The translations under genes and the position numbers were made by a program. The notes below the pieces were generated by a model. It made no database searches. It worked only from the letters and a program-made list of their open reading frames with translations, and was not told where the DNA came from. DNA of 64,000 nucleotides from a virus, in IMG/VR virus record IMGVR_UViG_3300038675_001020, positions 3,944 through 67,943 of that record. One strand, given 5' to 3'. Shown in pieces: positions 46,252-56,798 of this stretch (its first letter is position 1; the number at the start of each line of letters is the position of its first letter).

Positions 46252-46950
46252 GTGAACGACTGGTTTGAGTGGAACGACGTGCGCTGCACAGAATACGGCA
46301 TCCATGTGCTGGAGCAGCCGGTGCTGACGCTGCCCAACGAGCGTGCCACGTTCGTGGATGTGCCCGGGCGCAGCGGGAGTCTTACGGTGTTGGAGGGCGA
46401 CGCCGTCTACGACGATCTGGTGCTCACCGCGCAGTGCATGGTGGAGAATATGGAACGATACGAGGAGATTGCTTCTTACCTCAAGGGCAGCGGGAGAGTG
46501 ACCTTTGCCAACCGTCCGGAGGGGTACTACGAGGCGCGCATCGTCAACCAGATTCCGTTCGAGAAGATCCTCCGCGGCAATCCACACCGTTCGTTTGCGG
46601 TGAATTTCCGCTGCAAGCCCTTCTGGTATGTGGACACCGTGCCCGCGATCACCGTGACGCAAAGCGGTTCGTTCGTCACCAATCCGGGAAATGTGTATGC
46701 GGAGCCGGTCATAACGGTTTATGGTTCCGGGACAATTACGCTCATGGTGGGCCTGACGATCATCGAGCTGGAAGGCATATCGGGGAGCATTACGCTGAAT
46801 TCGTCGCTGCAGGAAGCCTATTCAGGCACGACGGGCATGAACAACGCCATGAGCGGCGACTTCCCTATCCTTCTGCCCGGCGCAAATGCGATCTCATGGG
46901 CGGGGAACGTGAGCAGGGTGGTCGTGGAGCCGCATTGGCGGTATTTGTAG
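46252..46950 (+). CDS. Distal tail protein (Dit)
   Basis: VPGRSG, FRCKPF, NPG....P.I, L.PG.N; synteny. Confidence 0.85.
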   Translation: MNDWFEWNDVRCTEYGIHVLEQPVLTLPNERATFVDVPGRSGSLTVLEGDAVYDDLVLTAQCMVENMERYEEIASYLKGSGRVTFANRPEGYYEARIVNQIPFEKILRGNPHRSFAVNFRCKPFWYVDTVPAITVTQSGSFVTNPGNVYAEPVITVYGSGTITLMVGLTIIELEGISGSITLNSSLQEAYSGTTGMNNAMSGDFPILLPGANAISWAGNVSRVVVEPHWRYL

Positions 46951-46958
46951 AAAGAAAC

Positions 46959-46990
46959 GTATTGCAATTCGCAATACAAAGTGGTATAAT
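46959..46990 (+). promoter_or_regulatory. Promoter and palindromic operator of the RelB/RelE-type operon
   Basis: TTGCAA-17 bp-TATAAT with TG; gtattgc-aattc-gcaatac palindrome over the -35. Confidence 0.8.
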
Positions 46991-47012
46991 GCTTTTGAAA
47001 GGTGGTGCTGAT

Positions 47013-47318
47013 ATGGCCAGCAAGAGCGCAAACGTGATGGCGAGAGTGGAGCCCGAGATCAAAGCACAGGCGGAAGCGGTGCTGGATCAACTGGGATTGC
47101 CGGTTTCAGTGGTGATTAACTCGCTCTACCGACAAATCATCATGAACAACGGACTCCCCTTTTCGCTGACAATTCCCTCGAAACTTCCGGTGCGAGATCA
47201 GATGAGCGCTGCGCAGTTTGACGCCATAATGGAAAAGGGACTGACCCAGGCGCAGGCTGGAAACGGCATGGATTTGGATGAGGCCTTTGAGCGGATCATG
47301 ACGAGGACAGCGAAATGA
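47013..47318 (+). CDS. relB: RelB/DinJ antitoxin
   Basis: ARVEPEIKAQAEAVLDQLGL..S..I......I.....GLPF. Confidence 0.88.
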   Translation: MASKSANVMARVEPEIKAQAEAVLDQLGLPVSVVINSLYRQIIMNNGLPFSLTIPSKLPVRDQMSAAQFDAIMEKGLTQAQAGNGMDLDEAFERIMTRTAK

Positions 47319-47644
47319 GCTATCGGGTAAAGCTGACGCAAAGCACCGTGGAACAGGCGCAGGAAATCGTCCAATACATTTCCGAAACGCTGTTGGTTCC
47401 GGATGTGGCACAGGCATGGATGTCTCGCCTGAAAGCGGAAATCGGAAAGCTGTCCTTCATGCCCGGACGCTTTCCTCTGACGGAAGAAGCGCCCTGGCGG
47501 AGCAAGGGCATTCGCCGCGCAGTTGTCGAGAACTTTTTGGTGTATTTCTGGATAGACGAACCACAGGACATTGTGTGGGTGACGGCGATTGTGTACGGGC
47601 GAAGGGATCGCATAGCAGCTCTAATGGATATGCCACGGCAATAA
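47315..47644 (+). CDS. RelE/ParE family toxin
   Basis: YRVKLT..., L..MP.R, GIRR..V.N.LVYF, V.V.AIVYGRRD. Confidence 0.85.
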   Translation: MSYRVKLTQSTVEQAQEIVQYISETLLVPDVAQAWMSRLKAEIGKLSFMPGRFPLTEEAPWRSKGIRRAVVENFLVYFWIDEPQDIVWVTAIVYGRRDRIAALMDMPRQ

Positions 47645-47705
47645 ACAGAGAAATGGCGTCCTCCTGCGGGAAGGGCGCTTTTCTTATGCCCTGAAGGGAG
47701 GTTGA

Positions 47706-50700
47706 GTGCCCATGCTCTGCATCTACCCCGCTGACTGCACGGATTTTTCCGGCAACGGTCTGGGCGTCGTTTCGCCACAGACCTGCACGGTGACGGAAAC
47801 GCTCAACGGCGAGTGGGAGCTGACGCTTGAGCATCCCATCGACGAATACGGAAAATGGACGCGGCTTGCGGAGGGCAACATCCTGCGCGCGCCCGTGCCC
47901 GCCGCCATGACCCCGCAGGTGAATCTGGTCATCCAACAGCACCAGACAGCCACACATGAAGTGCTGATCTATAAAGTATCCACCAGCCGCGACCCGCTGC
48001 GCCTGAGAAGCGGCACGGGCACAAATTACAAGATTCTCAGCAAGTATAAGAAGGGCACGGAGGTCATCGTGCTCAACAAGACCACGTCGAGTTGGTACGA
48101 GGTCACCTGTCCGGACGGCAAGCACGGCTACATGGCCTCGGAATACCTGATCTATGTGCGCACGGAGACTCAGACCACGCAGACCAACGTGGGCTTCCGC
48201 AACGAGACCATCGAGGCCCGGCAGCTGCGCGACCAGCCGTTTCGCATCTATCGCGTGGTGCCCGAGCTTACCAAGGTCACGGTCTGCGCTCGCCATATCT
48301 TCTACGACCTGCTGGACAACATGGTCAAGTCCCTGAAGCCCTCGCCTTCCGCGGTGGGGGCTTCCGTCGTGCAGAGCCTCGCTTCTGCGTGCCTGTCTGA
48401 GCATGGGTTTACGTTTTATTCTGACCTGACATCTACCGCAGAGGAGGTGGAATGGGAGAACGTCAACCCGGTGGAGGCCATGTTGGGAGAAGACGGCCTG
48501 GTCGAGAAGTACAAGGCAGAGTTGGCGCGCGACTGGTTCGACGTGTTTCTGGTCAGGCGCGTGGGCGTGGACAGCGGCGTGCAGATCCGCGAGAAGAAGA
48601 ACCTGCTGGGCATCTCCTACGACGTGGACGCGACGGATGTGGTCACGCGCATCATGCCCACCGGCGAGGACGCGGACGGGAACATCCTGTATTTGCCAGA
48701 ACTGTACATCGACAGCCCGAACATCGGCGCGTACATACATCCCAAGTGGGTGCATCTGCCGGTATCGGAGGCGAAGGAGGTTTTGCCGGACGAGAACTCC
48801 ACCGGGGAGAAGGAGGCACGAACCAGGGACCAGTGCTATGTCGAAATGCGCAAAGCGGCGCAGGCGGAGTTTGACAGGGGCTGCGACCTGCCTACGGTGA
48901 CGCTCAAAGTGGACTTTGTGAACTGTGCGGACACAGAGGAGTACCGACAGTACGGTTTTTTGCAGAACATCTTCCTGGGCGACAGCGTGCGCGTGGTCGC
49001 GCCGCGCGTCGGTGTGGAAGTATCCATGCGCATGACGCAGTATACCTACGACTGCCTGACGAAGAAATACACCGCCTTGACGCTGGGCACGGCGGCGGAC
49101 ACGCTGGAGGGTAGTCTGATCTCCGCCCGGCAGCTGGCGTCCGGCTCCATCACCGGCATGAAGCTGGCCATGGGCTCCGTGGGCAGCGGACAGCTGCAGT
49201 CCGGTTCGGTCGGATCGCTGCAGGTGCGCATGGCGGCCATCGCGACGGCGCACATCCAGGACGCCTGCATCACCAGAGCCAAGATTGCCGAAGCGACGGT
49301 CGGCGAGCTGAACGCCGAAGCCATTACCGCCATCACGGCGCGCATCGAAGAGCTGGCGGCTGGCCATGTGGTAACGGACGAGCTGTACGCCTCGCTGGCG
49401 ACCATTGCGTTGGCGCAGATCACCACGGCGAACATCGACACCGCCAACATCTCCTGGGCGGACATCGGCGGACTGGCGGCGGAGATCGCCAATATCGCCG
49501 TGGCGCAGATCACCACAGCCAATATCAATCAGGCCAGCATCGACTGGGCGAACATCGCCAACCTGAACGCGCAGATCGCCGAGATCGCGCTGGCACAGAT
49601 CACGTCCGCCAACATCGAGGCGGCGCACATCGACTGGGCGAATATTGCCGAGCTGAACGCAGCCATCGCCCGCATTGCCGTCGCGCAATTGACCACGGCA
49701 AACATCAACAACGCCGAGATTGACTGGGCCAGCATCGGAGAATTGCAGGCCGCCATTGCCGAGCTGACCCACGCAAGCATAGGAACGGCGGACATCGACT
49801 GGGCGCAGATCAAGGATCTGACCACGGGCACGGCCATCATCGAGAAGGGCGTGAACGGCAAGCTGTACGTAGCCGACCTCGCGGTTACCGAGGCGAACAT
49901 GGCGTCGCTCTCCGTCGGTGAGCTGCTGATCCGGGGTGAGGACGGTTGCTTTTACGCCATCAGCATTGCGCCGGATGGTTCGGTGACAACGGAGAAAAAG
50001 ATGGTTTCCAATGCGGATGTCGCTGACGCGTCCCTCGCAGGAAGCAAGCTGTTGGAACAGACGATCACGGCCCGGGAACTCAACGTAGCGTCCATTTTCG
50101 CAGATGAAGCACTGATTGGAGCCATCAAAGCCGCCAACATTGACGTGAGCAGCCTGTTTGCAGCGGAAGCGTTCATCTCCCAGCTCAACGCCGTGGATAT
50201 TTCGGGCAACGAGTCCCTGCGCCTGACCGTGGAGGCCGCGCGGGACGAGGCGTTGGACGCCGCGGGTGAGACGCTGGCTCAGATTGCCATAACCGCCGAC
50301 GAGATCCGCAGCGAGGTGCGGCGGGACTACGCCAGCGCGGACGCGGTGGAGCAGCTGCAAACCACGGTGTCTACACTGGCGGAACAGACGGAGACCGATT
50401 TCACATGGGCAGTCACGAAGATCAACGAGGTCATCGAGGACGCCGCCGCCAGCCAGGCGCTGACCGAGGAACAGCTTGCTCTCATCCGCACCTACATGAG
50501 CTTCGGCGAGGACGGGCTGACCATTGGCAAGAGCGGCAATCCGCTGACCTTCCGCGTGGTCAACGACCGGCTGGCGTTCTACATGAACAACACCGAGGTG
50601 GCGTACCTGTCCGACAACAAGCTGTACGTGACGCAGGCCGAGATTCTGGCAAAGCTGCAGATCGGCAAGTTTGCCTTTGAACCCCAGAGCAACGGCAACC

Positions 50701-50723
50701 TGTCGCTCATCTATACAGGATAA
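47706..50723 (+). CDS. Tail hub/spike (Tal-like) protein with SH3b insertion and repeat stalk
   Basis: E.LNGEWEL.LEHP, QPFRIY, KNL..I, VVTRI.P.G; SH3b LRLRSGTGTNY..W; IA.AQITTANI repeats. Confidence 0.85.
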   Translation: MPMLCIYPADCTDFSGNGLGVVSPQTCTVTETLNGEWELTLEHPIDEYGKWTRLAEGNILRAPVPAAMTPQVNLVIQQHQTATHEVLIYKVSTSRDPLRLRSGTGTNYKILSKYKKGTEVIVLNKTTSSWYEVTCPDGKHGYMASEYLIYVRTETQTTQTNVGFRNETIEARQLRDQPFRIYRVVPELTKVTVCARHIFYDLLDNMVKSLKPSPSAVGASVVQSLASACLSEHGFTFYSDLTSTAEEVEWENVNPVEAMLGEDGLVEKYKAELARDWFDVFLVRRVGVDSGVQIREKKNLLGISYDVDATDVVTRIMPTGEDADGNILYLPELYIDSPNIGAYIHPKWVHLPVSEAKEVLPDENSTGEKEARTRDQCYVEMRKAAQAEFDRGCDLPTVTLKVDFVNCADTEEYRQYGFLQNIFLGDSVRVVAPRVGVEVSMRMTQYTYDCLTKKYTALTLGTAADTLEGSLISARQLASGSITGMKLAMGSVGSGQLQSGSVGSLQVRMAAIATAHIQDACITRAKIAEATVGELNAEAITAITARIEELAAGHVVTDELYASLATIALAQITTANIDTANISWADIGGLAAEIANIAVAQITTANINQASIDWANIANLNAQIAEIALAQITSANIEAAHIDWANIAELNAAIARIAVAQLTTANINNAEIDWASIGELQAAIAELTHASIGTADIDWAQIKDLTTGTAIIEKGVNGKLYVADLAVTEANMASLSVGELLIRGEDGCFYAISIAPDGSVTTEKKMVSNADVADASLAGSKLLEQTITARELNVASIFADEALIGAIKAANIDVSSLFAAEAFISQLNAVDISGNESLRLTVEAARDEALDAAGETLAQIAITADEIRSEVRRDYASADAVEQLQTTVSTLAEQTETDFTWAVTKINEVIEDAAASQALTEEQLALIRTYMSFGEDGLTIGKSGNPLTFRVVNDRLAFYMNNTEVAYLSDNKLYVTQAEILAKLQIGKFAFEPQSNGNLSLIYTG

Positions 50724-50790
50724 AGGAGACAACAGAGAATGCCCGCATGGGCAATACGACACATAACAGAATGCGGCGGAGGGAGGTTTC

Positions 50791-53046
50791 ATGGCGGCAA
50801 CTGCAACTTACAGCGCGTCCATGCGCACGCGCAAGACGTCCTCGTCCGGCAATGCCAAGTCCGCGGTCGCCTGTCAGGAGTACTACGACGATTCCTATAA
50901 CTATGTGGGTATCGTCCATTTCTCCGGCATGGCGCTTTCGGGCAAGGTGATCACGGGCATATCGCTGCGGGTGAAGGCAGATCAGGCGGGGTATGGCGGC
51001 GGGCACACCAAGACGGTCTATGTGCGCAAGTCGAAGTATCAGGCGGTGTCCCAGTCCGGCGTGACCGGCGGCAGCTACTACGGCGACGCTCTGGGCACGT
51101 TCACCGGCAGCTTCTACGGCAACACGACCACCTACACCCTGAGCGGTTCGCTGCTGACCAACATGGCGGCCTATCTGGCAGAGGGGAACAACACCATCTG
51201 CCTGTTCAATCCCAGCCCGGTGAAGAGCTCGCAGGGTTACTCCACCAACTACCTGCAATGGTCGGCGTGCAGCATCGCGGTCACCTATGAGGAAGCTGCG
51301 TCCCAGCCGGGCATGTCATCCTACGCGCTGGACATGGGCAGCAGCGTGACACTCTATACCAACCGCCAGAGCAGCGCCGCCACACATACCCTGCGGTACA
51401 GTTTCTTTTCGGTAAACGAAACCATCGCCACAGGAGTGGCGGATTCCTGCACATGGACGCCACCCATATCGCTGGCGGCGCAGATTCCCAACGCGGCGTC
51501 GGGCTGGGGCACGCTGTTGTGCGATACCTACGTGAACGGGAAGCTGGTCTCCACCAAAAGCTGCACGTTTACATTGCGGGTACCCGCATCGGTTGCGCCA
51601 ACCATCTCGGGAGTTTCCATCGCGGAGGCCACGACCGGGATTGCCGCCCGGTTCGGCGCGTATGTGCGCACGCGCAGCACGCTGGCGGTCAGCATTGCGG
51701 CGTCCGGCGCGCAGGGAAGTACGATTACCGCCTATCGCACCACGCTGGGCGGGGCGACGTATACCAGCGCGTCGTTTACCTCTGGAGTACTGAGTGCAGC
51801 GGGCAATATGGCATTGACGGTCACGGTGACGGACTCCCGGGGACGAACCGCCAGCACCACGCGCACGATAGCCGTTCTGGACTATTCGCCGCCCTCGCTG
51901 ACCAAATTCACGGCGGAGCGCTGCAACAGCGCGGGCACGGCGGCGCAGATGGACGGCACGCGGGTGCGCGTGTCGGTGGGCGGGTCGGTATCCCCTGTGG
52001 GCACGAAGAACACCATTGCCTGCACGGTGTACTACAAGACTTCTTCTGCCAGCGCGTGGACGCAGGCGGCGTCCATTTCCCCATCCAGCTACAGCGTGAA
52101 CACCACCAACCTGCTGCTCCCCCAGACCTTCAACGCCCTGAGCAGCTACGACCTCAAGGTACGGCTGCAGGACTACTTTTATTACATCGAGCAGACGGTC
52201 TCCATCGGCACCAAGCAGGTGATGATGGACTTCTATAAGGATGGCAGCGGGGTGGCCTTTGGCAAGGTGGCGGAGACGCCGGGCGCGGTGGAGTTCGGCT
52301 GGCCGGTAAAGCTGACGGAGCCGCTGGGCGTGGATCAGGGCGGCACGGACGCGAGCAACGCGGCAAGCGCCTGTGCCAATCTCGGCGCGGTGAAGAAGAG
52401 CGGGGATACCATGACCGGGAATCTCAGCATCTCGGGGTATCTGTATCCATCGCTTTACCTGCTGCCCACCTACAACGGCGCCACGAACCGTGTGGTGTTC
52501 GAAGGCAGCTATGCGGGCGCGGCGTCCTTTTCCGCGTGGCAGGATTCCACGGGCAACAACCGGCGGATGCTGGAAGTGCGCAACGCGGGCGCGGAGGCCA
52601 GCCGGGACAACGCCGTGGTGCTGCGGGATGTGGTGAGCGGAACCTACTACACGTTCCGCGTATTTCACGCAGGCATGGCCACCCCGGTGCCCATTGCCAA
52701 CGGCGGAACGGGGGCCAACAATGCCGCGACTGCCAGAAGCAATCTCGGGGCCAACAACGCCTCCAACCTGAATGCGGGAACCGTGGCCATGGCACGGCTG
52801 CCGTTCAAGGTGGCCTATGGATCTACGACCGTCAACGGCAATTCGGCAACATCCATCTACTATGGCGGTGCGGGGTTCACGTCCATACCGCAGGTCATCG
52901 TCACGTATGCCACCACCGGCTCCAACTGGTCGGGGGACAACGGCGCGATCAAGGTGTACAACAAGACCACAACGCAGGCAAACCTCATCGTGGGCGGCAG
53001 CTTTTCCTCCACCCGCAATGTGGACTGGCTGGCCATCGGCACATAA
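50791..53046 (+). CDS. DUF859-like minor tail structural protein
   Basis: THTLRY, VTDSRGRT, YSPP, GVAFGKVAE; gp53/H-lectin-like end WLAIG. Confidence 0.75.
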   Translation: MAATATYSASMRTRKTSSSGNAKSAVACQEYYDDSYNYVGIVHFSGMALSGKVITGISLRVKADQAGYGGGHTKTVYVRKSKYQAVSQSGVTGGSYYGDALGTFTGSFYGNTTTYTLSGSLLTNMAAYLAEGNNTICLFNPSPVKSSQGYSTNYLQWSACSIAVTYEEAASQPGMSSYALDMGSSVTLYTNRQSSAATHTLRYSFFSVNETIATGVADSCTWTPPISLAAQIPNAASGWGTLLCDTYVNGKLVSTKSCTFTLRVPASVAPTISGVSIAEATTGIAARFGAYVRTRSTLAVSIAASGAQGSTITAYRTTLGGATYTSASFTSGVLSAAGNMALTVTVTDSRGRTASTTRTIAVLDYSPPSLTKFTAERCNSAGTAAQMDGTRVRVSVGGSVSPVGTKNTIACTVYYKTSSASAWTQAASISPSSYSVNTTNLLLPQTFNALSSYDLKVRLQDYFYYIEQTVSIGTKQVMMDFYKDGSGVAFGKVAETPGAVEFGWPVKLTEPLGVDQGGTDASNAASACANLGAVKKSGDTMTGNLSISGYLYPSLYLLPTYNGATNRVVFEGSYAGAASFSAWQDSTGNNRRMLEVRNAGAEASRDNAVVLRDVVSGTYYTFRVFHAGMATPVPIANGGTGANNAATARSNLGANNASNLNAGTVAMARLPFKVAYGSTTVNGNSATSIYYGGAGFTSIPQVIVTYATTGSNWSGDNGAIKVYNKTTTQANLIVGGSFSSTRNVDWLAIGT

Positions 53047-53061
53047 CAGGGGGATAAAAGC

Positions 53062-53460
53062 ATGAAGGAGCTCATTGAGCAGGTTATTTGGTTGGGCAAT
53101 TACGACCTTGCGCAGCTGCTGGAAACCATAGACCGGTATCATGTTGAGGGGCGGCTGACAAACGAAGAGCGGCAGGAACTGTACATGGCGGCACGCAAGG
53201 GGGCGGAGCCGGACTATGACTACAAGGGGGAGATCGACGCGCTGTGGGCGGCTGTGCGGGAACTGCAAAAGGAAGTCAGCCCGCCCGCACCTGATGAGGA
53301 GTGGCCAGAGTTTGTGCAGCCCACGCACGCGGGCACGGCGTATCAGGTAGGCGATAAAATTACCTTCCTGGGCGAGAAGTACATCTGCATCATGGCGCAC
53401 TGCGTGTGGAGCCCGGCAGACTACCCCATGGCGTGGGAGAAGCAGGAGGAGGCCTCGTAA
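53062..53460 (+). CDS. Small tail-associated protein with CBM5/12-like domain (paralogue 1)
   Basis: WPEFVQPT..AYQVGDKITF.G..YIC....VWSP..YP.AW. Confidence 0.75.
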   Translation: MKELIEQVIWLGNYDLAQLLETIDRYHVEGRLTNEERQELYMAARKGAEPDYDYKGEIDALWAAVRELQKEVSPPAPDEEWPEFVQPTHAGTAYQVGDKITFLGEKYICIMAHCVWSPADYPMAWEKQEEAS

Positions 53461-56400
53461 TGTACAACGCGGAGAAACTGACATCCATAGACCTGGGCAG
53501 GCAGGGCGAGAACCTGGCGCGGACGGTGGAAATCGACGTGAGCAGTATGCTGGCGCAGTGGCCGGATGCGGTGATTACGCTATTGGTCAAGCGCAAGCAC
53601 GACGCGGAACCATATATCGCCGATACCACGGTAAAGGATGGCGTGCTCTTCTGGCCGATAACCACGGTGGAGACGGCGGATGCCGGGGACGGCAAGCTGG
53701 AGATTCGCGCTACCTGCGGCGAGGTGATCGCCAAGAGCGCCACGGGGACGTTCCGCGTGACGGCCAGCCTGACGGGCAGCGGAACCGAGCCGCCTGCGAG
53801 TGAGCAGGGCTGGGTGGATAAAGTCATCGCGGCGGGCGCGGGCGTGGAACAGAGCGCCAGTCAGGCCAGCAAAGCGGCGGACAGAGCAGAGTTGGCGGCT
53901 GAAACCGCGGAAAACAGCATCGCACAGATACAGTCAGCCGCGCAGACGGTAACCGAAAAGGCCAAAGAAGCACAGTCCAGCGCAGAAGCGGCAAGTGCAG
54001 CAAGCATCGACGCCGTTGGCAGCGCGCAGGCGGCACGGGAAGCACAGGCGGGCGCGGAAGAGGCCCAAACGTCTGCGGCTGGTAGCGCGTCTCTTGCGGA
54101 ACAAGCCAAGGCCGCCGCGGAAGCCGCACAAAAGGCCGCTGCGGAGCAGGCGGCGTCTGCCGAAGAATCTGCTCAGGCTGCTGGTACAAGCGCGCAAGCG
54201 GCCCAAACGAGTGCTGACGCTGCCGCTGCAAGTGAACAAGCCGCTCAGACCGCTGCCACGCAGGCCACACAGGAAGCGCAGGCGGCAAGCACTGCACAGA
54301 GTGGAGCAGAAAAGGCAAGCGACAATGCCAAGGCCAGTGAGGAAGCTGCTTCGGGGAGCGCCGCCGCAGCCAGGGCCAGCGCGGATGCCGCTACTGAGAG
54401 CAGGCAGGCTGCGAGCGATGCCAGCACCGAAGCTTTGGAGCGCCTCAATGGTGCGGAGGCGGCAAGGGACGCCGCAGAAGCTGCGCAGGAGGCGGCGGAG
54501 GTTAGCGCTGCTCAAGCGGCGCAGAGCGCAGTCGAGGCCGGGGAAGCCGCGCAGGCGGCGCTTGGCATACTGGATGACGCCGTTACTGCCACGGACAGCA
54601 CGTGGAGCAGCCAGCGGATTATGGATGTGCTTTGCGCTCCGTTTGAGGTGTCCGGCAACCCGATCACCTGCCATCCGGTGGAAGGATCTCCGCTGGGCGT
54701 AACGGCATCGTGGGAACCAAAGCAGCATTTTGACTGGGTACGGAGGGAAGCAGAGAGCACGCAGATCACCACGACGGGTGCGCAGATGCTTCAGCCCACA
54801 AGCACTCTTGGTGGAGCTGCCGATCTTGTGATCACAGCCAATGACGATGGCGGCTATACATACGTTTCCACCGATGCGGTTTATCAGTCTGCGCGTTTTT
54901 ATAACATCGTTCCTATTACTCTCAAGGTGGGCGTGAGCTATACGCTGTCCATTGATAAAGAGCTGGATGTGGATATCCGGGTTGCTGGCGGAGGCCGAAT
55001 TGTGGCGGGCGAAACATCGGTCACATTTACGCCGTCCGCCGATACGCTGGTTGATCATGTGGCCATAGACCGTCCCACGGGACACAGCGGGACGAACACA
55101 GTCAAGGTCATGCTCTGTGAGGGAACTACTGCAAAGCCGTGGGAGCCGTACACCGGCGGTCAGGCCGTGCCTTGTCCGGTCTACCCACAGGAAATCGCGG
55201 ACAGCCTGCCTGCCGGAGACTACTACGTTCCCTGCAGCATGGGCGGATACTGGAAGGTGCCGCTGGACGCTGCCATGGGCGGCGTGCCGGGGTATGCTGA
55301 TGCTGTGGAGATCGACGCCTACACGGGGCGATACCGGTTGGTGCGCAGGACGGCTGTGACTGTGCTGGATGGGTCGGAATCATGGTCCATTGGCGGGAAG
55401 TACCTGGAAGATGGATCAGACTGGTACTATAATAACGCGGCTAAACTGCCTGACGCTCAGGACAGCGCTGGGACACCGCTGATCTGCGATCACTATCCGA
55501 TGGGAAATATCAGCAATAACACTACGGGGAACGGCATCGCGATTGTCTGGCGAAATGTACGCGTCCGCTGGGGCGAGGAAGGCACGGTTGAGGACTGGAA
55601 GGCACGGCTGGCGGCATCACCGGTGACCGTCCGATATGCGCTGGCAGCACCGGTGGTGGTGACGGGGCAGGCGGAGAAGGTGACTGATACCAGTGGGCTT
55701 GCAGAACTGGGTGCGAAAAGTATGGGGCTTTCTGTGCCAGACCCGGATCATCCCTGTATGATCACGGGGATGGAGGCCGTGGAGCTGAGGCGGATCGGAA
55801 AGAATTTTATGCCTTACAGCCCGATTCACAACATGACAAAGAATGGGATTACATTCACTGAAAAAGCGGACGGAATTATCCACATAAGCGGTACAGCATC
55901 CGCAAATACCGACGGTCCACTCCTATCAATGGCGGGGCAGAGCCTGCCGTCAGGGGCTTATAGAGGAATCGATGCACCTGGCGCCAGCGCGCACCTGGTG
56001 GTATGGAAAAAGGCAACTGGCGAGAATTTTTGGTACGCAGTTTCTCAAATACAGATCGATGAGGGAGATGTACCACAATATTGGTATATTACAGTGCAAC
56101 GCGGAGTGACAACAGATACGGACGTTTACGTCTACCTGCAATATGGGAAGGATAGCCCATCTGCAGGAGATTGGGAGCCCTATCGTGGCAATACATATTT
56201 GCTACGGTTACCGCAATTGATATATGGCGGCGAAATGGACGCCGCAACGGGAAACGGAAGTGCAACGGTGTATGGTCTTATGTTGGACGGCTCAGAAGGA
56301 TGGAGTGAATTGACCATAGAGGACCGTGTCTATTTCCAGTGCGCTTTGTCCAGCGATTCCAATCGACAGCCCAGCACGACCAGCAGCGTGGATGCGGCGA

Positions 56401-56798
56401 AACGGGTACAGCGCAGCTCGCACTTCACCGTGGGCAATCCATGGGCGCAGGATATCGACGACTGCTTTTGGGTTTTCAGCACACCTACGCTCCAATATCC
56501 ATCTTTGCGCATGCGCAGCACATCGAATTTCTCCAGCGTGGAAGAACTGCAGAGCTATCTGGCCGCAGAAAAGGCGGCGGGAACACCGGTCACGATTGTG
56601 TATGAGACGATTGCAAGAGAGGCATTTTCCGCTGAAGGAGCGTCTCCCATACCGGCTTTAATTGGAATCAATACGCTCTACACGGACGCAGACCGTTTGA
56701 CTGTATCCGGTCGTGCTGATCTCATCCACACATTATCGACTATCACTGACAGACTGGCCGCGCTTGAAACTGTTGCGGCAGAGGGAGGTCTCCCATGA
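53460..56798 (+). CDS. BppU-like tail fibre/receptor-binding protein
   Basis: LGRQGEN N-terminus, Ala-rich coiled stalk, STWSS, duplicated WEPY.G / LDGSE.W / PVT..Y modules. Confidence 0.75.
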   Translation: MYNAEKLTSIDLGRQGENLARTVEIDVSSMLAQWPDAVITLLVKRKHDAEPYIADTTVKDGVLFWPITTVETADAGDGKLEIRATCGEVIAKSATGTFRVTASLTGSGTEPPASEQGWVDKVIAAGAGVEQSASQASKAADRAELAAETAENSIAQIQSAAQTVTEKAKEAQSSAEAASAASIDAVGSAQAAREAQAGAEEAQTSAAGSASLAEQAKAAAEAAQKAAAEQAASAEESAQAAGTSAQAAQTSADAAAASEQAAQTAATQATQEAQAASTAQSGAEKASDNAKASEEAASGSAAAARASADAATESRQAASDASTEALERLNGAEAARDAAEAAQEAAEVSAAQAAQSAVEAGEAAQAALGILDDAVTATDSTWSSQRIMDVLCAPFEVSGNPITCHPVEGSPLGVTASWEPKQHFDWVRREAESTQITTTGAQMLQPTSTLGGAADLVITANDDGGYTYVSTDAVYQSARFYNIVPITLKVGVSYTLSIDKELDVDIRVAGGGRIVAGETSVTFTPSADTLVDHVAIDRPTGHSGTNTVKVMLCEGTTAKPWEPYTGGQAVPCPVYPQEIADSLPAGDYYVPCSMGGYWKVPLDAAMGGVPGYADAVEIDAYTGRYRLVRRTAVTVLDGSESWSIGGKYLEDGSDWYYNNAAKLPDAQDSAGTPLICDHYPMGNISNNTTGNGIAIVWRNVRVRWGEEGTVEDWKARLAASPVTVRYALAAPVVVTGQAEKVTDTSGLAELGAKSMGLSVPDPDHPCMITGMEAVELRRIGKNFMPYSPIHNMTKNGITFTEKADGIIHISGTASANTDGPLLSMAGQSLPSGAYRGIDAPGASAHLVVWKKATGENFWYAVSQIQIDEGDVPQYWYITVQRGVTTDTDVYVYLQYGKDSPSAGDWEPYRGNTYLLRLPQLIYGGEMDAATGNGSATVYGLMLDGSEGWSELTIEDRVYFQCALSSDSNRQPSTTSSVDAAKRVQRSSHFTVGNPWAQDIDDCFWVFSTPTLQYPSLRMRSTSNFSSVEELQSYLAAEKAAGTPVTIVYETIAREAFSAEGASPIPALIGINTLYTDADRLTVSGRADLIHTLSTITDRLAALETVAAEGGLP

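Noticed and set aside
39896-53484. Very long antisense ORFs (39896-42790, 47457-50792, 51316-53484; likewise 30921-32921 and 2452-4101)
   Set aside because: Shadows of GC3-rich sense genes, with no recognisable motifs or RBS.
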